Assembly (NCBI GenBank): GCA_041736175.1
Contig: JBGSUI010000219.1
Span: forward strand, 22,823-86,822
Origin: Oligoflexales bacterium
Lineage (GTDB): Bacteria; Bdellovibrionota_B; Oligoflexia; Oligoflexales; CAIYRB01
Length of the DNA stretch: 64,000 nucleotides
Reading direction: 5' to 3'
Each line of letters begins with the position of its first letter. Position 1 is the stretch's first letter. The notes under the pieces are model-generated. The model worked only from the letters and a program-made list of their open reading frames with translations. It had not been told where the DNA came from and ran no database searches. Shown here piece after piece: positions 38,323 through 47,851 of this stretch. The position numbers and the translations under genes were made by a program.

Positions 38323-40029
38323 ATGGACAGTAAAAACTTAAAACACGGTGCTATCGTTGGCTCGATCAGCTTAATTCTAACTCTTGTAGTGATCACGGGA
38401 GAGATTCTCAACGCACCTATCTATGTGACGGCTACTTTCGCAGTCGCAACTTGGATTGCGGGGCTTGTAGGTGCGATCTTTTATCCTAAAACCATTATTC
38501 AGACGTCGGCTGATCAATCAGTCGATAAATACATAGAAGAAATTGCTAGACTTAAAAGAGAGATGGAATCTCTTAAGCAAGCCTCCTCAAAAAAGACCCT
38601 GCCCAGCGATTCTCGACTTGAAGAAGCCCGAAAAGAAGCTGAGATTCTCCGTAAAGAGCAAGAATCAAAAAATCAAGAGCATAGTTCTAAATTGTTTAGC
38701 CTCCAAAGGGAAATCGATAACCTTAAGTTCCAGCTTACCAACGAACGGAAAGCAAAAGACCAGCTAACAGAAGAGACTGCCAAATTAAAGCTAGCCCATT
38801 CTGGAAATACCTCGACCGAACTTGAACGTTTGGTAACCACTCTCCAGAATTCTAGACGCATGATCGAAAACAGACTTAACGAACGAGATGAATATATCGT
38901 CGCAGTCCAAAGTCTGATGAGACGCATTGGCGAGCTTGTTCCAAGAATCGAAGAGCAGCTATCTCGGGTCGTACAGCATACGGAATCCAGCGCAATAGAG
39001 ATTGGAGATAAAGTCAAGTATATCTATGAAAAGGCACAAGAGCATCTTGCAGAATCCAACGAGATCAGTAAACAATTTTCTGGAAAGTCTGTCGTTGACT
39101 CCGACGGCAAAGAACGTCCATCCCTCTCTTCCGTGCTTTCGAGATCCCTCCAACTCCTAAAAGAAATGACTGAAATGCTCGAAGAAAATAGCAAACTCAA
39201 CATTGAGTATTCTAAATCGATCGAGGTCATCCTAGAGAACACCGCGACCATCAATAAGATCACCGAAGATATCCAGTATATATCTGACCAAACCAACCTT
39301 TTAGCACTCAATGCCGCCATCGAAGCTGCCCGCGCTGGGGAGCATGGTCGAGGATTTAGCGTCGTCGCCGAAGAGGTGCGCAAACTGTCCGACCGGACCA
39401 ATCAGGCTTCAAGCGACATCACGCAAATCGTCGGTAAAGTCAATGACTCTGTAGCTCAGATTTCCAGGTCTTTGACAGATAACTTGCAAAAAACTACTAC
39501 AAAAAAAGAACACGTCGACAATGCGGTCCAGTCCCTTGTAGGTTCCGCCAAAGACTCGACCACGGTCTTTAGTAAGCTGGTCGATGGGGCAGTCGTCTCC
39601 TCTGAATCTGTCGCTCACAATATCGATCAGATTATCTTAAGCCTCCAGTTTCAGGACGTCACCAGGCAGGAGATTGAAGGTGCGCTAACTCCCCTTAAAA
39701 ACATTGGCTCCATCGCCGACGACCTGGTCAATCGATCAGATACCGCCCAAGACGCTGATAGCCAGCTAGCAGACGCTCCCTCCTCGGCTTCCGGAAACAT
39801 CCAAGAAAAGCCCATCGAAACCAGAAAAGTCGCCCAAGTCCAAGATCTAAAAGAAAAGCAAGTTCCCGCTAAAGCTTCAAATATCAAGATTGTTCCGAGC
39901 GCTGCCACCTCCCCTAAACCCGCTCCCAAGCCAAAAGAATCACCCGCGGCCGCACCCGATACAGCCAAAACCAGTGAGAGCGAAGAGGACGATAAAAACC
40001 TCACCTCGGGCGAAGTCGTTTTCTTTTGA
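38323..40029 (+). CDS. Methyl-accepting chemotaxis protein
   Basis: [34 protein letters not shown]; two adjacent TMs; C-terminal GEVVFF. Confidence 0.93.
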   Translation: MDSKNLKHGAIVGSISLILTLVVITGEILNAPIYVTATFAVATWIAGLVGAIFYPKTIIQTSADQSVDKYIEEIARLKREMESLKQASSKKTLPSDSRLEEARKEAEILRKEQESKNQEHSSKLFSLQREIDNLKFQLTNERKAKDQLTEETAKLKLAHSGNTSTELERLVTTLQNSRRMIENRLNERDEYIVAVQSLMRRIGELVPRIEEQLSRVVQHTESSAIEIGDKVKYIYEKAQEHLAESNEISKQFSGKSVVDSDGKERPSLSSVLSRSLQLLKEMTEMLEENSKLNIEYSKSIEVILENTATINKITEDIQYISDQTNLLALNAAIEAARAGEHGRGFSVVAEEVRKLSDRTNQASSDITQIVGKVNDSVAQISRSLTDNLQKTTTKKEHVDNAVQSLVGSAKDSTTVFSKLVDGAVVSSESVAHNIDQIILSLQFQDVTRQEIEGALTPLKNIGSIADDLVNRSDTAQDADSQLADAPSSASGNIQEKPIETRKVAQVQDLKEKQVPAKASNIKIVPSAATSPKPAPKPKESPAAAPDTAKTSESEEDDKNLTSGEVVFF

Positions 40030-40044
40030 GAATACACCGTCGGG

Positions 40045-42408
40045 TTATTGCCACAGTTGCTCGAACTCTGTTTTGTTTGGATCTAATCTTTGTTTCGCAA
40101 ATCTCACTTCGATAGAGTCCTCGGGCGCCCTCGCTATGATTTGCCTCCAAAGATTTTGGGCCTCGGATTTCATTCCTTTATTGTACAAAATTTCGCTCAT
40201 GGTCCAAATCCAGTTTAAGTAGCCCGCTACCATAGGCCAGTCCACTCGGTTAAGGATCTTTTTGTAAGTGACTTCTAAATGAGCAGCATTGAGTTTGGTC
40301 TCAAGGTCAACCAAAGAGATTGCACAAGACTCGTCATTTTTAAACAATTCAGGCATTTGTGACTTGACCAATGCATCGAGAGATTTATTGATATCTTCCA
40401 ATGTGATCCCAGTATTTTTACCTATTTTTAGAAATTCATAAGACTGGGACAAGAGAGGAAAGATCCTATCACACTTTAGATTTGGATTCTTTTCGGACCA
40501 TTTTTCATAAAGTCGCAAAATCCACAAGGAATGTTCAATACCGCTTTTGGTTTGTTTGATCTGGTCGATCAAGGCAAAGGCCGTCTGGGTTGGTGATGCC
40601 ATCCAGTTTTGGTTTGCTGCCTCGCGGATTAGATTTTCTAAATTAGACTTCCAGGTTTTTTTGTGTTTCACGGCTATTTTTTCGCTATCGATCGCTTCGG
40701 CGAGGACAGTTATTCTTAGCAAAAGATCCTCATCATCAGCAATTGATCTAGGCAAAAACCTCCAAAAACTCATGGCCTGGGGAGACCTCCCCGTAAGGGC
40801 ATAGGCACGAAATAGCTTTAATCCTATGGCCCCATCCACATGACGAAAAAGCAGCGCCTTATTTTTTTCATAAAACTCTGTGGCCGAATAGAAATCACCG
40901 TCTAAGAAATATTTTTCGAGCCTAGATGCCTGGTATGATTTTAGGGGAATCACGAATGAATTCAGAAACTTTGATTCTGGGTAAGATTCCGAAAATTTTT
41001 TAACCCTTTCGAGCATCTCGGGAGTTCTTTCCCGCGTTGTATAGGATCCTACTTGGCAGGCCCAGCCTAGCTCTACTAAAACTGGCGGGAGTTCCGGATC
41101 CTTTTTTGCTTCTTCGATATCCATTCGAGCATGGGAGATATTTTTGCCCGTATAATAAGGCAAGTTAAGGCATGACTCTCGGACCAGAGCGATACGTCCG
41201 GCTAAATGATTACGGAAATCTGACCTTACTTTGTAGTATTCAAGCCGCGCCTTGTCGAATTCCTGCCTTGCTAGGTAGCCATCAGCAAAACGCAGGGCAC
41301 CCCAGGCCGCCATCTCCTTGGGGAGTTCTGCTTTATTTTTGCGGGAGGCAGGGCTTTCGAGAGCATAGTGGAGCACTTTTTGGGACTCCGAAAATTTTCC
41401 TAACCAAAAAAGCGCTTCGCCCCTCAGGATGAGCTGGGCCGCATTGACCAGCTCCAACTCGTTATCGATGATGGCCGCGAGATTATAGACGTCTTCAGCT
41501 AGTTCATAGTTGTTAAGATCAAAATAAATATCTCCGGCCCTTGAAAAGGACGCTGCCGCTAACTCTGGCACCAAATCTTGTCTTATGGATTGATCTAGGT
41601 TTTGAATGGCCTCCAGATAGGAGCGGTTTTTTATATGCGACTCTGCCACCATTCTCAGATACTGGTTGCGGTATTCTGTACGACCGGTCTTACGAAGATA
41701 GTTAAGCCCCGATTCAGCTGCTCCATAAGCACCCGCAAACCTGCCATATTTCCAATAAACTGCGGCCAAATTATAAAGTCCTTTTGGCATCACTTGAGCG
41801 ATCAAGTCATCCCTTTTTTGTGTCGAGTCGAGTTCTTTGACAATAAATGCAAAGCTCAAAAACGCACTACTCGCATCAAAAAGGCTTTTGACTAACTGGT
41901 TTTGATAACCATCGGGGGCATTGGCAAGCGCTATCTTGGATAGGTTTAAAAAGGCCGATCCGATAAAATAATCATTGCGTCGATGATGATCGTAGCCATT
42001 TCCAAACCGCTTTTTCCCTCCTAGCCAGGTTAATTTGGCATTTTCATAGTCTTCGTTTAGAAAATAAATCCGCCCCCGATTGAGATGGTCATAGGGCTTT
42101 CCCTGACCAAGGGTGGTCGGAAACTCTGCCTTTTGCGGTGGCATCGGATACTCAATCTCAAAGTCAATGGCTGGTGGCTTAAGGGGGTATTTCCAAAATA
42201 TCTCATCAGAAACCTCTCGGGTCTCCTCTTTTTGGCTAAAATCGCCGACAAAATTGTAGGTGGCGACGATCTCTTTATAATTATCGACTCCCTTCTTAGA
42301 AACATCGTCGCCAATTTTGGTCTTTTTGCTTGGTTTTTGCGTTTTTGCTAACATGGGTAAAGCAATGCCCCATGACAACGCTCCGACAAGAAAACACTTC
42401 AGCTTCAT
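40045..42408 (-). CDS. Large exported TPR protein, last gene of the motAB operon
   Basis: Signal peptide and multiple TPR-like repeats; ATG overlaps the motB stop (ATGA). Confidence 0.75.
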   Translation of the reverse strand: MKLKCFLVGALSWGIALPMLAKTQKPSKKTKIGDDVSKKGVDNYKEIVATYNFVGDFSQKEETREVSDEIFWKYPLKPPAIDFEIEYPMPPQKAEFPTTLGQGKPYDHLNRGRIYFLNEDYENAKLTWLGGKKRFGNGYDHHRRNDYFIGSAFLNLSKIALANAPDGYQNQLVKSLFDASSAFLSFAFIVKELDSTQKRDDLIAQVMPKGLYNLAAVYWKYGRFAGAYGAAESGLNYLRKTGRTEYRNQYLRMVAESHIKNRSYLEAIQNLDQSIRQDLVPELAAASFSRAGDIYFDLNNYELAEDVYNLAAIIDNELELVNAAQLILRGEALFWLGKFSESQKVLHYALESPASRKNKAELPKEMAAWGALRFADGYLARQEFDKARLEYYKVRSDFRNHLAGRIALVRESCLNLPYYTGKNISHARMDIEEAKKDPELPPVLVELGWACQVGSYTTRERTPEMLERVKKFSESYPESKFLNSFVIPLKSYQASRLEKYFLDGDFYSATEFYEKNKALLFRHVDGAIGLKLFRAYALTGRSPQAMSFWRFLPRSIADDEDLLLRITVLAEAIDSEKIAVKHKKTWKSNLENLIREAANQNWMASPTQTAFALIDQIKQTKSGIEHSLWILRLYEKWSEKNPNLKCDRIFPLLSQSYEFLKIGKNTGITLEDINKSLDALVKSQMPELFKNDESCAISLVDLETKLNAAHLEVTYKKILNRVDWPMVAGYLNWIWTMSEILYNKGMKSEAQNLWRQIIARAPEDSIEVRFAKQRLDPNKTEFEQLWQ

Positions 42409-43214
42409 TCCGGTGTTCCCGATTGATCCGAATCGTAATCCACGTGGATCTCGATGCGACGGTTGAGCTGGCGACCTGACTCCGAACCATTGCTCGCGAT
42501 GGGATGTAAGTCCGCAAACCCGCCCGCTGACAAACTCGTGGCAGGAAAATTGTGGCGGCGTATAAAGTATTTAACCACATTGGTAGCTCGAAGTGCTGAA
42601 ATCTCCCAGTTCCCTAGAGAACCCGGCGCAGGCAAAGAGTCCGTATGGCCTTCTATCCTCACATTTCTGCCCATCTCCTTGAGGATCTGGGCGACCTCGT
42701 CAAGCTCTTTGAGAGCACCTCGACTCACATTGGTTTCTCCCGGCCCAAAAAAATGCCTGGCGAGTAGTTGCACCTTAAAGCCCTTGGCGGTTCTTACCAC
42801 TTGGATAATGCGTTCCTGTCCTGGTTTATCCTGACGAAACTTTTCGGGTCCGTAAAGCCGGTCTTCGAGTTTGATTTTGACCCGATTCATTTCGTCATCA
42901 ATAATTTTTATTTTTTGTGAAGATGACGGGTATTTTTGGATCAGAGACGGGCGGGCCGACTGGCCTCGAAAGTGCTCGAAGATCCCGAGGCCCTGTTCCT
43001 GGGGACCTACCCGGCGGTCGATTGGAATATCTGGGAGGGGGGTGCTAAAGCTTTCTTGCATCGAACCCGCCACTTTTTTCTCGTCTTTTTTGCCTGCAAT
43101 CGACAAAGCATAAAGCACCACAAATACTGCAAATAGAAGGGTCACCATGTCCGCATAACTAACCAACCACCGTTCATGGTTTTCAAATTCTGGGCATTTA
43201 GCTTTTATCCCCAA
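42405..43214 (-). CDS. motB: Flagellar stator protein MotB
   Basis: WLVSYADMVTLL; OmpA-like domain IEGHTD, NWEISALRA, NRRIEI. Confidence 0.95.
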   Translation of the reverse strand: MGIKAKCPEFENHERWLVSYADMVTLLFAVFVVLYALSIAGKKDEKKVAGSMQESFSTPLPDIPIDRRVGPQEQGLGIFEHFRGQSARPSLIQKYPSSSQKIKIIDDEMNRVKIKLEDRLYGPEKFRQDKPGQERIIQVVRTAKGFKVQLLARHFFGPGETNVSRGALKELDEVAQILKEMGRNVRIEGHTDSLPAPGSLGNWEISALRATNVVKYFIRRHNFPATSLSAGGFADLHPIASNGSESGRQLNRRIEIHVDYDSDQSGTPE

Positions 43215-43973
43215 TTATTCCTCGCTCTTGTGGCCATGACAGAACACTGAGATTTTCTCTTCTATTACTTTTGGGTTTAGTCCAGTTAAGATTCCTTCGA
43301 CCCCAATGGTCACCATGGCCCTCGCATGACCTTCGAGCTGGGCTTTGCGCTTGATCTTTTTGCCGATGGGAATAAAAAAGATATTGGAGGCACCCACTCC
43401 GTATAAGGTCGCCACGAACGCGACAGCAATCCCTGGACCAATTTGGTCAGGTTTATCCAAGTTTTCCATAACGTGAATCAGACCCAACACTGCTCCGAGA
43501 ATTCCGATGGTTGGTGCAATCGCTCCCATATCTTCCCAAAATTTAACCCCTACCTCCTGCTCCTCAAAAACAACATGGGCTTCCGTCTCCAAGGTGTCTT
43601 TAATGATATTGGGATCTGTGCCATCGACAGCCAATTTTATGGCTTTGGCCAGAGGTGCAAATTTGATCGAATCGCGCTTTTTCTCTAAGGCCAGAATCGA
43701 TTCTTTCCTCGCTGTCTGGGCCAGATCGACGATATCTTTCATAATCTCATCTGTGTTTGCTGTCGGATTTTTTAGCCAGGTCCCTAAGGCTTTAAAAGCA
43801 TTGATCACATCTGGTAGTGGGTAGGCCACCATGATCGCTCCAAAAGCTCCACCAAACACGATAATAGCTGCCGTTAACTGAACGATAGAGCTGAGGTGAC
43901 CGCCTTCTAAGATCAGCCCTAAGATAATCATGCCCAACCCAAACACAGGTCCAATCAAACTTGTGAGGTCCAT
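43215..43973 (-). CDS. motA: Flagellar stator protein MotA
   Basis: ARKESILALE, APTIGILGAVLGLI, AFVATLYGV. Confidence 0.95.
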   Translation of the reverse strand: MDLTSLIGPVFGLGMIILGLILEGGHLSSIVQLTAAIIVFGGAFGAIMVAYPLPDVINAFKALGTWLKNPTANTDEIMKDIVDLAQTARKESILALEKKRDSIKFAPLAKAIKLAVDGTDPNIIKDTLETEAHVVFEEQEVGVKFWEDMGAIAPTIGILGAVLGLIHVMENLDKPDQIGPGIAVAFVATLYGVGASNIFFIPIGKKIKRKAQLEGHARAMVTIGVEGILTGLNPKVIEEKISVFCHGHKSEE

Positions 43974-43989
43974 GATTAAGTTTTTCCCA

Positions 43990-44184
43990 TTAAGTTAGAT
44001 GCGGTGCAATTATTTTTCTTCTATAGCTTATCACACATTCTTCGATTTGATCAAAATTCTCCTTAACAAATAAACTATCTCCGTTTATAAAAGTGATGAG
44101 CGTATCAGGTGTTCCCTCGATATATTTTATGGAATCACAATTAACTAGGATTTTGGAACCGTCTAACCGTGTCAAAAGTATCAT
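43990..44184 (-). CDS. flbD: Flagellar FlbD/SwrD-family protein
   Basis: MILLTRLDG..ILVN.D.I.YIE.TPDTLITF.NG; upstream of motA. Confidence 0.9.
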   Translation of the reverse strand: MILLTRLDGSKILVNCDSIKYIEGTPDTLITFINGDSLFVKENFDQIEECVISYRRKIIAPHLT

Positions 44185-44275
44185 AGACAACACCCCTTTT
44201 TTCTTGATTATTTATTACCCACTCGATAGTATTCTCAGCCGATTGGAGTTTTCAAGCCCTTTAAGGAGCTGTTTT

Positions 44276-45389
44276 ATGGAATTAGGCGCACTTGTTCAGG
44301 AATTTCGCAAGTCTCGAACCCGCTACGAATTAGTTTGGGGGTTTCTTTGACTTGCCTGCAAAGGAAGCTCGGCTGCATGAGTTAGAAGATAAGGTGCAGT
44401 CGGATCCCAATTTTTGGAACGATCCCCATAAATCCGCACCTATCCTCAAGGAAAAACGTGAACTTGAGCTAGCGGTCCAACGGTCTAAGAAACTCAAAGG
44501 ACTCTACGACGATATCGAGGTCGCCCTGGAGATGGCTGAAGAGGGGGATGATTCTTCCCTGGTCGAAGCCAATCAGCTCTATACCCAGATGCTGGGAGAA
44601 CTCGATCTTTTAGAAATCCAAAGCCTGCTCAATCACGAAGCCGACATCAATGACGCAATCCTTACGATCAACGCTGGTGCAGGTGGGACTGAATCCTGTG
44701 ATTGGGCACAGATGTTGCTCAGAATGTATACTCGCTACGCCGAGCAAAAAGGCTGGACCGTTGAAACCTACGATCTGCTTGCCGGCGAACAAGCTGGCGT
44801 AAAGAATGCTACGATAGGTATCAGCGGGTCCTATGCTTTTGGCCTTCTTAAGGCAGAAAATGGTGTGCACAGACTGGTGCGTATCAGCCCGTTTGACTCA
44901 AATGCACGACGCCATACTAGTTTCGTTTCAGTTTATGTCACTCCCGTAGTTGATGACAATATCGAGATCACCATCAATCCAGCGGATTTGGAGTTTGATA
45001 CCTTTCGTGCAAGCGGTGCCGGTGGACAGCACGTCAACAAAACCGAATCGGCTGTTAGAATTCGGCATCTTCCCAGTGGAATTGTTGTTGCAAGCCAAAC
45101 CCAGAGGTCACAGCACCAAAATAAAGATAACGCCATGAAGATGCTCAAGTCAGCCTTGTACCAAAGGGAGATCGACGAGCGAAAGAAAATCCAAGGTGAG
45201 ATTGAGGCCAACAAAACCGATATTTCCTTTGGCAGCCAAATCAGAAGCTATGTCCTGCACCCTTACCAGTTGGTCAAAGACCATAGGACCGACCATGAAA
45301 CCTCTGATACAGGAGGAGTGCTGGATGGCCAAATCGAGGGTTTTATGCACAGTTTCCTGGTGATGAATAGGATCCCTCGGGGGACCTAA
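44276..45389 (+). CDS. prfB: Peptide chain release factor 2 (programmed +1 frameshift)
   Basis: ATG 44276 with AAGGAG RBS; CTT-TGA-C at 44345-44351; SPF and GGQ motifs in the +1 frame. Confidence 0.96.
44337..44351 (+). other. prfB +1 frameshift cassette
   Basis: GGGGG (internal SD-like), TTT, CTT TGA C. Confidence 0.92.
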
Positions 45390-45417
45390 ATCTCCCCTAA
45401 ATCTCCCCTAAATCTCC
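45385..45417. repeat. Tandem repeat (CCTAAATCTCC) x3
   Basis: Three exact 11-bp copies spanning the stop codons of both convergent genes. Confidence 0.9.
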
Positions 45418-47663
45418 CTAGCCAGGGTCATGACCACCAACTTTCTGGTGGTTTTAAAGCTATAGGGTGTCGGCCTAGCGTGCTTGGTATTGAGGGTTCC
45501 TTGGCTATTATTTAAGGTGACCCCAAGGCTAAACTCTGACACTAAAGCCTCTCGCGCCATCCGTGTGGACCATCCACCACTGATATCCCGTGCCTCTAGA
45601 CTATTCTTTGATCCAATGGGATTTCCCGATGAGCCATAGGAAATGCCACAAAACAGTTGGCTACGATTGGTAACTCCCATTGAGACCTTTCCCTCCACCA
45701 TTGGAAAATAAGTTAAGACCTTTGAGAGTGACAGGGAATCGGCATCATTCCAGATAAGCAGACCATGGTCCTTTGCCACAAGACCTATTCCCAGACTCAT
45801 GCCAAAGGCCAAGGGCGGCTTTATTCCTGCTTGGTTTTCCCAACGAAGCCCCAACTCCGACTCATACAGTTGGACAGGAATCTCAGGTTGGACCTCCATC
45901 ACCGCCTCTGTTTGTTTATTAAACAGAACCGCGGATAACCTTTTTACCGTTAAGAAACCTCCCCATCCCACCTGGTTATCTTGACCTAAGGGCGTGGCTA
46001 TACCTACTCCAAAATGATTGAAAAAAAGTGCTTCTAGGCTGACTTCAGGCTCCAATTTTTGACTCTGGTAGTGGAAAGTCCCTGGAGCCATAAGGGTGAT
46101 CATCGTCATAAACGGCTCGTATGGAACTTCGACCACTGGCTCACGACTTTTTTCTTTAGGTGTTGGCAATGGAGTCTGGGATGGAGTCTGGGATGAAATC
46201 TGTATGTTTTGGGGCTTTTTTTTGATCCCTATCGATCTGGTTTTGGACCAATTGGGACAATCACCCCCCTTTAAGTCAGGTTCAGAGCGCACCCGCCAAA
46301 GGTAGCGACCGGGTTTTAAAAACACTTTCCAATGGTGGAAATTCGCCGTCAATCGCTGAACCTGCTGGACACCTCCTTCTCTCTTAGCAACCAACTCAAT
46401 CGTATATTGCTGACACTTTGTGCCTACCGCTGGTTTCCAAACCAAGGAGACATACTCTCCTTCGCCCTCAGTTTCGAGAGATTTGCCATCGTTAGGACCC
46501 ACAAGCTCGATCGCCCCATTTTGAGGCGGGAGGAGCTTTTTAGCCATGATTTCCAAAAGACTCGGGCTAGAAAAAGGACCGCGTTGGCCCGCCTGGTTGA
46601 CTGTGGCGACTCGCAAATAATAAACCCCTACCCCTAAGGCCTTAAGGTCCACTTCTGGATTTACAACGGTGCCTTGCCAGATAAGATTTTGAAAATCCAT
46701 TTTTCGAGATACTTCGACCTGGTAAGCCTTTGCGCCAGCAACCGCGGGCCACTGCACTCGCGAACGACCACCTATGTTTTTCCCTTCTTCTTCTCTAGCC
46801 CATAGGGGAGCCTCCCACAGAGATGTCAAGATCACGGTGGCAAGCGGATTTCTTCGGGTCCGCAAAAATGGCTTTGTCCTTGAAGATTGGCTTTTCTCAA
46901 TTTTCAATTTAGGTGGAATCTTTGGTGGCTCAAGCGGGCCGGCTGGAGCTTGCGGCTCCGGACTTGGCGGCGACGATTTAAGAGGGGGCACCGCTTTACT
47001 ATGATTAGGGCTGTCATTTTTTACAGAAACGGCTTTAACCTCGGTCAATTCTCCCGTCTGATCAAACTTAGCTTTTTGCCCCTGGATCACAAGGGCGTTT
47101 CCATGTTGGACCTGTCCCTTGAGGACGTTGAGACCCAACTCTCCACTCTCGCTCCTGCGCATCGCCACGGTCGTGCCACCTGCGATGGCGATCGCCCTGT
47201 GGTTTCTAACTTTTATATGAATTCGAGATTTGGAATCATTTTTGACTTTAACAGACCCACTCAAGACCTTTATCAGGGGCTCGCCGTCGATCGTTTCCAG
47301 TGCCAGAAGGGTCTTTTCTCCTAACTCTATATCTGACAGGGATTTTAGAGCGACCTTAGCTGATGCTTTGGCTTCTGTGTAGATGAGATCCCGTGATCTC
47401 AGCTCTTGATTGGCTGCTGCACCATCCCAAGCAAGGATGTCCCCTGGTCTAAATAAAACCTTTTCCTGAGTCCACTCTAAGGTTCCGACAATCTGCCCAG
47501 TAGCTTGAAAATTTTTGTGGAGATCGGTGAGACTGATATCATAGGACAAGACAAACCCAACCAATAGGGCCAGAATTCCACAAAACACTATGATAAGGTG
47601 ATCGAAAGATCTGGATCCTTGCCAAACCTGCTTTGTATTTACAGTCGTTGCCTTTGGATTCAT
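45408..47663 (-). CDS. FecR-like domain + FN3-like domains + C-terminal beta-barrel-like region
   Basis: TM anchor, DLIYTEAKASAKVAL..IELGEKT (FecR-like), WPAVAGAKAYQVEVS / GVYYLRVATV (FN3-like). Confidence 0.7.
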   Translation of the reverse strand: MNPKATTVNTKQVWQGSRSFDHLIIVFCGILALLVGFVLSYDISLTDLHKNFQATGQIVGTLEWTQEKVLFRPGDILAWDGAAANQELRSRDLIYTEAKASAKVALKSLSDIELGEKTLLALETIDGEPLIKVLSGSVKVKNDSKSRIHIKVRNHRAIAIAGGTTVAMRRSESGELGLNVLKGQVQHGNALVIQGQKAKFDQTGELTEVKAVSVKNDSPNHSKAVPPLKSSPPSPEPQAPAGPLEPPKIPPKLKIEKSQSSRTKPFLRTRRNPLATVILTSLWEAPLWAREEEGKNIGGRSRVQWPAVAGAKAYQVEVSRKMDFQNLIWQGTVVNPEVDLKALGVGVYYLRVATVNQAGQRGPFSSPSLLEIMAKKLLPPQNGAIELVGPNDGKSLETEGEGEYVSLVWKPAVGTKCQQYTIELVAKREGGVQQVQRLTANFHHWKVFLKPGRYLWRVRSEPDLKGGDCPNWSKTRSIGIKKKPQNIQISSQTPSQTPLPTPKEKSREPVVEVPYEPFMTMITLMAPGTFHYQSQKLEPEVSLEALFFNHFGVGIATPLGQDNQVGWGGFLTVKRLSAVLFNKQTEAVMEVQPEIPVQLYESELGLRWENQAGIKPPLAFGMSLGIGLVAKDHGLLIWNDADSLSLSKVLTYFPMVEGKVSMGVTNRSQLFCGISYGSSGNPIGSKNSLEARDISGGWSTRMAREALVSEFSLGVTLNNSQGTLNTKHARPTPYSFKTTRKLVVMTLAREI

Positions 47664-47717
47664 GGATTTGAGGAGTGGCCTTTGCGACCTTTAGAATTCT
47701 CTAGAATAACCCTTAAA

Positions 47718-47744
47718 CAATCGGTATTAAAAAGACTTTTCTTA
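47718..47744 (-). promoter_or_regulatory. sigma28-like promoter
   Basis: Minus strand TAAG-N15-ACCGATTG, 54 nt upstream of the FecR-like gene. Confidence 0.5.
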
Positions 47745-47851
47745 AATTATAATTTAAATGGAACAACCGCCATCCGCTTTCAAAAGTATATGATTCTATA
47801 TTCTATCCGGAAAATGCTCACGATTGAGATCTACTTTGGAGAAAAATCAAA

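Noticed and set aside
44093..44352. prfB as a pseudogene or two separate ORFs
   Set aside because: Explained by the canonical programmed frameshift.
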